DNA of 63,945 nt, counting the filler, from Hyphochytrium catenoides (Eukaryota > Protista > Hyphochytriomycota): the NCBI GenBank assembly GCA_900088475.1. It is 12 parts of 12 records of this genome, joined end to end, with 100 filler letters (N's around TTAATTAATTAA, not from the genome) between each part and the next. Parts side by side here need not be neighbours in the genome. Positions count along the whole stretch, not along the records: positions 49,146 to 56,051 come from FLMG01003975.1; positions 56,152 to 57,709 come from FLMG01003268.1; positions 57,810 to 58,936 come from FLMG01002611.1; positions 59,037 to 60,722 come from FLMG01001185.1; positions 60,823 to 62,745 come from FLMG01001337.1; positions 62,846 to 63,945 come from FLMG01003996.1; 6 more parts are not named here. The stretch is one strand, 5' to 3'. The position numbers and the translations under genes were made by a program. Shown one piece after another: positions 55,764 through 63,945 of the stretch. Each line of letters opens with the position of its first letter. Positions within the stretch are counted from its first letter, which is position 1. The notes beneath the pieces were generated by a model. The model ran no database searches. It saw nothing but the letters and a program-made list of their open reading frames with translations, and was not told the origin of the DNA.

Positions 55764-56491
55764 CAGCGAGAGAGAGACAGAGAGAGAGAGAGAGAGACAG
55801 AGAGAGAGAGAGACGGAGACAGTAAGAGAAACAGAGAGAGACAGAGAGATAGAAAGAGAGAGGGGAGAGAGAGAGAGAGGGGAGGAAAGAGAGAGTAAGA
55901 GAGACAGGATAGCGAGAAAGATAGACTAAGGAGAGACAGAGACGAAGAAAGGACATTAACTACGAGGCACACTCCTTCCCCCATCAAGTGTCAAGACCGA
56001 AGAAAGACTCAGACGAGCAGGACGCAGCCTCCAGGAAGCTATTCTTATAGCNNNNNNNNNNNNNNNNNNNNNNNNNNNNNNNNNNNNNNNNNNNNTTAAT
56101 TAATTAANNNNNNNNNNNNNNNNNNNNNNNNNNNNNNNNNNNNNNNNNNNNTCTCTAGCTATGTTGCAGTGTCCGACGGCATGATGTTCCTTAGTAAAAA
56201 GTACTATTGGAGCAATGATGAAACAAATAGACACACAGCATCATGAAGAAAGGCTTAGGTCGTCGTAAAGTTGCTCTCTTCTCTTCTGAGTGCTTCTCAC
56301 TTCTTCCGAGTGCCTCTCTCTTCTAGTTGTTGACGTGTCTCTCTTCCTTATAATAGATGCTTGATGGACGAGAGAATGGATCGGGAAGGAGAGCAGTAGG
56401 GAGTCGTCGGTTGATGAGCTGGAATATCTTATCATTCTTCAAAGTGCAAAAAGAAGAACAGAAGGCCTCTAGTCTATCTACTGCAGGAGAG

Positions 56492-57241
56492 ATGGCTCTA
56501 ACCCACATGCTCTATGGCCTGGTCGTGGCTATTCTTCTGGCCGCTCAAGCCTCAGCCTCTGACAACTCTGGAAACCTGAGGGCGCTACGGCTAGGAAATG
56601 ATTCACGAAAGGCTGATGCTGTGGCGCTCAGTGAGAAGGAAAGAGTGGAGATAGCACGATACTGGGTGGATAACTATGGCTCATGGAACAAGGGCATGCA
56701 GGAGTTTGTCCAGTGGCTCAAGAAGTCCAACCGTATCTCTGATGGATCAGCTGGCTCTGAGTGGTGGAGAGGCGTGGATGGCTTGATGATCCTGGACATG
56801 AAGGAGGCAGGCGAAGCAATCAAGGAGAACATCTTCTCTTCACCGATTCCTTCCGTACAGAAATGGCTGGACTATGCCAAGATAGTAAAGGAGCCAGGGC
56901 AACTGCTGGAGAAGCAGTCCTTGTGGTGGAAAGCCCACCAGCGCTCTCTGCATTCTGCCATTAGGTCATTCAAGACAGAGTTAGAGAACGAGCCAGAGAT
57001 GGAGAGAGAGTTCATCAAGAACGTGGTGGTTCCCAATGTGGACTGGGTCGCTTCGAAGAACCTACCTTCCAACATGGGCGCGATCTATCCCTTCACACAG
57101 GTCGCTTACCCAGATGAGTATCCCATCACGGATGCCAGCTATAAGACGGCATTGACAATCCGGCCGCCTGTCAGTGACAAGGATATTGCCAGTGGAAAGT
57201 ACGGGGTTGAGAACACTTATTGGCTAAGGGATGATATCTAG
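56492..57241 (+). CDS. Intronless secreted Trp-rich hypothetical protein (249 aa), bacterial-like
   Basis: Signal peptide MALTHMLYGLVVAILLAAQASA; globular body with GSEWWRGV, SVQKWLDY, WWKAHQRSL, EREFIKNVV and YPDEYPI. The ORF is open from 56357. Confidence 0.85.
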   Translation: MALTHMLYGLVVAILLAAQASASDNSGNLRALRLGNDSRKADAVALSEKERVEIARYWVDNYGSWNKGMQEFVQWLKKSNRISDGSAGSEWWRGVDGLMILDMKEAGEAIKENIFSSPIPSVQKWLDYAKIVKEPGQLLEKQSLWWKAHQRSLHSAIRSFKTELENEPEMEREFIKNVVVPNVDWVASKNLPSNMGAIYPFTQVAYPDEYPITDASYKTALTIRPPVSDKDIASGKYGVENTYWLRDDI

Positions 57242-59329
57242 CCCGGTAGCAAGAGTAGATAACACCTCCTCGTGGATCGCTATGTTACTCTTCTCTATCT
57301 TACTCTTAGTGCTAATTATAGATATATATAGAGGATGCACCACCGTCTTCCCACTTCCCAAGCTGTAGCCGGCCTCGAAGGAGATGGGTTAGAGTCATGA
57401 CGACCAGCAGTCCTATCTACCTACTGCTCTCTCTCTCTCTTGGTCTTTCCCCGCTTATTGCTCATTACCGTCTGCTGTCTGCTATGGTGACTTCGGTACG
57501 CAACGGTTTAGCTGGACGGAGGTTGGAGGAACTACTACCTAAGCAAAGATCGCAGGGCAAGAAAGAGGGGCCACCGTGATGACGAAGAGGTCTTCTATAG
57601 AAGATCAATCTCTGTTAACGAGGGTCAACCATGTAAGCCGCGAGCGAGGGGCGGATGGGAGGCCGAGGCAACCTCTGAGACAGAAGACAGAGGAACCAAT
57701 AATATACCGNNNNNNNNNNNNNNNNNNNNNNNNNNNNNNNNNNNNNNNNNNNNTTAATTAATTAANNNNNNNNNNNNNNNNNNNNNNNNNNNNNNNNNNN
57801 NNNNNNNNNTTCGCTCGCTCTTCCTCCAGGCTCATCTTCTCAATGTCCTGGAGAACATTGTCCTTATAAAATGGTCTGTGCGATGGTGCTGAACGCGTCA
57901 ATGGGGCACTGCGCCGCTTATTGACCTGAATAATGAAGAAGGCTGTGATATTATTGAACATCATTACTGCTGCTGCTTCCCGTACCTGAGATGGGAAGAA
58001 GAAGGTAATAGGCTAGGATGATTAGATGTAGTTGAATTGTCTACAGCTAGTAAAGAGAGTCAGAGAGCCAGACACTTGTAGAGATAAAAGTGAGATCACA
58101 AGGCACAGCAGCAGTCAGATCAGGAACGACTGATGAATGGCTAGTAGCGGATAATAGCGGACAGAAGGAGTAGTAAGTAGTAGGTGCTGCATGAACTTAG
58201 AAGTGAGTCAAAATAGAAAGCGTAGACGCCAGCAGGTGAAGAACTAGAGTCGAGCTAGTGAAGGCGTGAAAGCAAGTGAATGGAGGCCAAAAGCGTGAGG
58301 AGACTTGAGGCCAAGGAGCAGCATAAGAAAAGAGAACGGTGGAGGCAGCGAGACCACCGATGAATGAGGTCATCTCTAAGGACGGAGGAGAGCTGCTTTA
58401 AGAAGTATAAGCAAGAAGCCTCTTACTCGACTAGAAGATCTAGTCTAGAGGAACTGAGAGGACAAGAAAACTGTGCTCCCAGCAGTAAGAAGACGAGCTG
58501 AACTAACCGTACAGTCGTCATCAAGATGATTATTGTTACGTCGACGACGGCCTTATTATTAAGACGGAGGACTAACGCCAAAAGTATAATGATGGCCCGG
58601 CCAGAATCCAGCTTGTTCTCAGAGGAAGGACTAGCCATCTGTCCTGAAGGAATACCCGTCAGATGTTCAGTCAGCTAGCTAGCGGCGATGGCAAGGACTA
58701 CCAGAGGCCTTTACAGAGAAGACGTTAGAGCTGGCGCAGAGATTTTGTGAAGCTAAGTCAGCCCTCCAGCCAGTTCATTTTCTACGCGTCATGCTATGTA
58801 AGAGGATGGATGGATTATCTCGCAGAGGAAGTAAAGGTGGACATGGCTACTGATGATGAGTGCTAGGTGAAGATCACTACTACTAACTGAGAGAGTTGAG
58901 GATGCTAAGGCAGAAGGAGAAGTCCTAGTAGCCTCANNNNNNNNNNNNNNNNNNNNNNNNNNNNNNNNNNNNNNNNNNNNTTAATTAATTAANNNNNNNN
59001 NNNNNNNNNNNNNNNNNNNNNNNNNNNNNNNNNNNNAGGAGTCTTAAGCCTGGCATTACTCTGGCCAAGTTCTTCTTTGTCCCTATGCAGGGTCGGAAGA
59101 CAAAGGTGAAAGCGTTTTATTTGATCCCGGTGAGGCAGAAGGATTGCGTCCTCCTCAAGCTCCTATATCCTTCTCTGACTCCGGCAGGCTCAGGTCTTCC
59201 TGACTCAATACAGAGCACAAAGGGCCGGTAAGAGGCTTCTTCAGCGAGCTGCAGTTAAGTGTCGATAGGTCGTTATCCTCCTCAGGCAATAGAAAGTTGG
59301 GGAATGAGTCTCTCTGAGTCAAGGAATGA

Positions 59330-59500
59330 ATGACAAGGGCATCGAACATCTTGGGGTCCAGCAGCTGGAAGACTCCCGCCTTCAGATTCCGAAACTAGTG
59401 GCATTGTCTCTCTGCTCATCTTCACCCTTTGCTTCTTGACCCACTTCCATTGCTACCTTCCAGTTCTGGTCTGGTGCTTGAAGGACCTTAGAGTGCGCTT
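59330..59500 (-). mobile_element. Possible decayed Ty1/copia pol fragment (pre-RT region)
   Basis: KVLQAPDQNWKVAME, then in another frame NLKAGVFQLLDP. This resembles the copia 'EALxxPxxxWxxAMxxE...L...vfeLV' stretch; frameshifted. Confidence 0.3.
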
Positions 59501-60651
59501 CTACTATGAGGAATAGGAGGAATAGGAAAACCGTAGTCATGACAAGCAGAAATGCAATGCAGAGTCATTGGTGGTGTTGACTATTAGAGGCTTCCTAGTA
59601 AGGGCTACTCTTGGCCCTGTAACCTTGCTGGACTACCCGCGCATATAATATAGCTGAGAGGGGTGAGAAGTAATAGGCAAAGCTGCTTGAAGATGAAGGA
59701 AGTATCGTTGCTGCTTTCCTGCGAGGGATAGTAGAAGAAGCTGCAAAGAGGTACTCCGAGATTCCCCCTCTCCTCCCTTTCCCCTGCATCTCACAAGAGC
59801 TGCTGCTGCTGCTGCTGCATGGGATCGCAAGTAAGGCCGGGCTCTCAGACTGGTGGCTACTCCTCTCTCTTCCTATTCTTGCCTTTTTAAGCGTGTGCAC
59901 TACAAGAGAAGAACGAGCGATACACATTGACTTTATCTTCCCTGAAACCCTGCTGTCGTCTTTCTCTCCTCCAATTTCAGTCGTTACTCCCTCAACAGTG
60001 CTCTCCTCCCGCTTCCTTATGTCTTTTCCTTTCCTTGATATAGCAAAGAAGGTCCCACGAAGTAGAGAAGGCAATTTCCTCCTTTCATCCAACCCACTCT
60101 TGCGCCTTTAGAAAACTCTCGTCTCCGAGACATAGTTCTTCCTTCTCCCTGTTGCCTGCCTTCTTTCACCTCTGCCATGTTGCTTCCTAACTACTGGCAG
60201 ACGTGCAGAGCGTGTCACATGCCTTCCTGCTTGCCAGCAGTGGAAGTGTCAGTGTCGCTTCTAGATGAGGACAGACGAGCTCCATCTGTCACCTGCTCCT
60301 GCTGCTGCTGCTGCTGCTGAGCTGTTGAGGTGCTGTTTGGTCATGTCCTACAGCTTACAAGTGCGACAAAATGAGGCAGGAACGCCTCAGTAATCCCCCA
60401 GCACAAAGAAGTATCATTACAGTTATTGGAAGGACCTTTTCAGAGCGCCCCCAAGACCGCCAACACCACTCACCACCAGTTCTTGGCCTTCCCCAGTGTG
60501 TTCTGATTGATGTCTGGACTGTGGAGCCATGCAGGTGTCATCCCAACCCTCACAAGGTCCGTGGGATCAGTGGACACCCTCCCAAGTCTCCTTCTCATCA
60601 GTCTCACCACTCTTTCAAGCCGCGTCCTCAGTCTCGCTCTTAAGGCTCCTT

Positions 60652-60722
60652 CCTCCTCAGTGGCACTCTCTGTCGGCTCCTCCTCAGTCTCACTCTCTGT
60701 CGGCTCCTCTTCAGTCTCACCT
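60652..60722. repeat. 27-bp tandem repeat (at least 2.5 copies), truncated by contig end
   Basis: CTCCTCAGT(GG/CT)CACTCTCTGTCGGCTC units; the minus strand reads ETEEEPTES. Confidence 0.75.
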
Positions 60723-61006
60723 NNNNNNNNNNNNNNNNNNNNNNNNNNNNNNNNNNNNNNNNNNNNTTAATTAATTAANNNNNNNNNNNNNNNNNNNNNN
60801 NNNNNNNNNNNNNNNNNNNNNNAGAGAGAGAGAGAGAAAGGTAAAAGAGAGTCAGAAAGGGAGAAAAAGAGAGAAATGAGGGATAGGGCTGGGAGAGAGA
60901 GGGAGGAAAAAAGAGAAAGAAAGAGAAAAGGACTGGGGATGGGAGAGAGGGAAAGACAGGAAGAAGAGGCAGAAGGTAGGCAGCCCAAGGTTGTCTGTCT
61001 CTCACC

Positions 61007-61238
61007 CGCAGGTCAGTGTGACGGGATGGAGGAGAAGCTCGAGACAGATAGAGCAAGTCAGCTCTCCCAGAGCTTCACGGAGACGGGCCTCATTCTCTGG
61101 AGAGAGAGGGAGAGAAACCGGGAGAGAGGACACAGAGAGAGAAGAAGACGAAGATTGAGAGAGAGAAAGAGAGGCAGCGCAGCAAGAGAGAGGAGAAAGG
61201 AGTGAAACATCTTCGGGCTCACCTCCCGAGCCACTCAT
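61007..61238 (-). CDS. First exon of a C3HC4 RING-finger protein; partial
   Basis: MSGSGGEPED...ELTCSICLELLLHPVTLTCG then donor GTGAGA; classic RING start CxxC...PVTLxCGH. Confidence 0.75.
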
Positions 61239-61324
61239 TCTCCGCGTTAGGAAGTAGCGAGGTAAAGCGAGAAAAGAAGAAGATAAACAGAGAGCGAGAG
61301 CGAGAGAGAGCGAGAGACAGGGAC

Positions 61325-61395
<71 letters not shown>

Positions 61396-61825
61396 GAGAG
61401 GGAGACAGAGAGAAAGGGAGAAGAAGAAGCGTGAGAGAAGACGGCGAAAGAGATCTCAGATGTAAGAGAAGAACGGACCAAGTAACAGAGGTTCAGCGAG
61501 GAGCCGAGTTCGGAGGAGGGGGAAAGAGAGAAGAGCTGTGTGATCCAATGCCCTCGATGCTTCTTCTCTTCCACCTTCTCACTCAGCGATACCTCCTGCC
61601 GCAAGCTGTCTGACAAGAGCTACTAAAGATGGCGAAGCAGCAATGATGGCCCATGATGTTGGATGGAAAGGAGAGAGGGGAAAGTCTCGGAGAGAAGAAG
61701 AGAAAGAAAAGAGGGAAGAGAACGGAGACGAAGAGACATCCCGGAGGGCGAGGATCGAGAAGACGAGACAGAAAGAGTGGGAGCGAGTTGAGAGAGAGGA
61801 TGAGGACTTGGGAGAGAAAGAGAGA

Positions 61826-61889
<64 letters not shown>

Positions 61890-62162
61890 GAGTAGCAAGA
61901 GGAGCCTAGGATCAGAAACGAGAACAGGGAGCAGCAGCAGCCATTGCTACAACTCACGATTACAAATAAATAAGGAAAGGACATCCCGATAAAGGATCTA
62001 CTTGTTCTAATTCCCGATGCCCATAAATAAAGGGCCGTTACTCTGCAGAAAATTCCTGATCTTTGAGCCAAACGGCATCTGAGAGACCAGAGAGGAGAGA
62101 GAGAGAGAGAGCAGAGAGAGAGAGAGAGGGAGAGAGAGGGAGAGAGGGAGCGAGCGAGAGAG

Positions 62163-62193
<31 letters not shown>

Positions 62194-63380
62194 GGAGAGA
62201 GAGAGAGAGAGAGGAGAGAGAACGGGAGAAAGACACGAGAGAAGACAAGAGTAAACGAAGGAGAGACAGGATAGAACGGCCGAAAGAACAAAGAAAAGGA
62301 GAGAAGAGAAGGGCCCGGCAGGCAGATGGCTGGAGAAGAGAAGAAAGAAAGACTGGGAAGTTAGATGGGCGGCGGGCCTGAGAAGACAAGATGAAGAGAA
62401 GAACAGAGCACGACGAAGAGGAGAGACCATGCCGCGATGGACAGAAAGGGAACGGAGTAGGAGAGACATGAGATAGCAGACCAAGTTCTTTTAGGGAGAT
62501 AAAGAGAAGAGGAAGAAAATAAAGGGCAGAAAGGATAGATAATAGATCGGGGCAGAGAGAGAGAGAGAGAGAGAAAGAGAAAAAAGGAAAGCTGCATAAT
62601 ATAAAGTCCAAATGAATAATCTTTTCCTTCTATATAAGGGCCTTTCTTCTCCCCTCTGCCTTTCCTCTTCATCCTAAGAGTTCATCTTTCCTTCTACCAC
62701 CGCTCTCTCTGTCTCCCTCTGTCTCTCTCTCTCTCTCTCTCTCTCNNNNNNNNNNNNNNNNNNNNNNNNNNNNNNNNNNNNNNNNNNNNTTAATTAATTA
62801 ANNNNNNNNNNNNNNNNNNNNNNNNNNNNNNNNNNNNNNNNNNNNGCGCCGTCTCTTTCTCATCTCTCTCCTCCTTACTCTTACTTCTGATTCTTCACTC
62901 TTCATCTCTCCTTTTCTTCTCTCTTCTTCCTTATGGCACTCTGTCCTTCCGTAAGTCGTCTCAATCTTCCCTTTCTCTTTCAGCGATTTTTCTGGATAGC
63001 GCCGCTGTCTTCTTCATGCTGCATTTATAGTAGCTATTCAGAAGCAAATAGGTAGCTCATCATCATCTGCAATGCACGCATTTGGGAGCGCACACTTTTC
63101 CATGTTGGCAAAGTTGTTTGCATTGGTTTGTTTGCTGATTCAAAGGTTAGCAGGGAAATGGGAGGCGCCACGGATGTTTGACAAGCACAGCGCTGAAGGC
63201 ACAAGAAGTGTGCGCTTTTGTCTGCGTGCAAAAACACTGTTGGCAAAGGTTTGTTTGCCTGTTTCAATGTTCACAGAGAAAAGCTCTGACACGATGATGT
63301 GCTGGCGAAGTCAAAGAGCTGGTGATTTATGTAAGGCTTGGCTTGTTGCGTAGTGTCGTTGCTGTGGTTCGGTATACAAA

Positions 63381-63570
63381 GAGTATGGTGAGTTTTGCTT
63401 CAATAGCAGAGGTGCTCAGGCAACTTCTGGGTCCTCTTAAGCAGCACCGTAGGCTCTTTCACTGGATACTAACACCCAGCGGCACCAGGAGAGTCTCCTT
63501 GGAGGGAAGGAAAGGTTCGACACGCGATGGCCAAATGGTTTCTACATCTTCAAGGCCAATATTACCTTCG
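63381..63570 (-). mobile_element. Decayed hAT transposase C-terminal dimerisation domain
   Basis: Across frameshifts: ETIW..., TFPSL, LLVP, VSSERAYGAA, RSCLSTSAIEAKLTIL. The order matches the hAT 'W...FPxL...LxxP...xERxFS...RxxL...E..L' pattern. Confidence 0.45.
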
Positions 63571-63658
63571 CTGGTGTTCATAAGCGTGAAGTTCCTTGTC
63601 TCCTTCCATCATTTGGATAGGTCTACCTCCTACTCCTAACAGGCATGCTCATATGCGA

Positions 63659-63945
63659 TTAGCTCTTTGCATAGACCTAGACCTAACGCAGTAGAGAACG
63701 TGGTAGCTCTTTGAAATAGCTCTTCTGATAGCTCATCTGATAGTCCTTGATTTAGCCTTCATATAGCTCTTTGAGTTAGCTCTCCAGATAGCTCTTTGCC
63801 AAAGCACTTCAAATGGCCCTGAAAATAGCTCTTCCCTTCAGCAATAGCCCTCCTTGATACAAAGAGCTCTTCTGATAGCTCTTGAAATAGCTCTTCTGTC
63901 TCACGACTTTATTGTCGAACTTCTTTTGAAGTAGCTCTTTCTCTA
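63659..63945. repeat. Degenerate ~12-bp minisatellite with TAGCTCT core
   Basis: More than a dozen (A)TAGCTCT(T)-like cores spaced about 11-14 bp apart, e.g. GAAATAGCTCTTCTGATAGCTCATCTGATAG. Confidence 0.8.

Noticed and set aside
53440-57241. The two bacterial-like secreted genes as a physical HGT cluster
   Set aside because: An artificial linker at 56096 separates them, so linkage is unproven.
57811-58936. Short ORFs and an exon-like segment on the minus strand
   Set aside because: No recognisable motif, and the contig is too short to support a call.

Overview
Eukaryotic (protist, probably stramenopile/SAR) draft-genome sequence. It is not one locus: 12 contigs are joined by 11 artificial 100-bp spacers (N44-TTAATTAATTAA-N44), so adjacency across spacers means nothing. 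Intron-dense housekeeping genes: eIF4G (partial), the CBM20 N-terminus of a probable trehalose-6-phosphate synthase, condensin CAP-D2/Cnd1 (about 32 exons), a bubblegum-type acyl-CoA synthetase ending in the peroxisomal signal AKL, CDP-DAG synthase and a PCMTD-like methyltransferase. Intronless ORFs, mostly in (AG)n-rich DNA: a secreted S8 subtilase with a (PPTA)21 stalk and PAN/Apple start, a membrane-anchored coiled-coil orphan, a PX-domain protein and two secreted proteins that look bacterial in origin. There are also FtsH-like and RING fragments and decayed transposon relics. The most unusual signals are (1) two ~200-bp homologous blocks at 13.3 and 14.9-15.1 kb in reversed order with individually flipped sub-blocks, (2) the two bacterial-like secreted proteins, one next to a diverged duplication ending in TTAGGG repeats, and (3) an isoaspartyl-methyltransferase homologue with a long acidic insert and a possible cullin-adaptor tail. 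I see no complete new multi-gene system. All family assignments are by eye and from recall, with no database searches.
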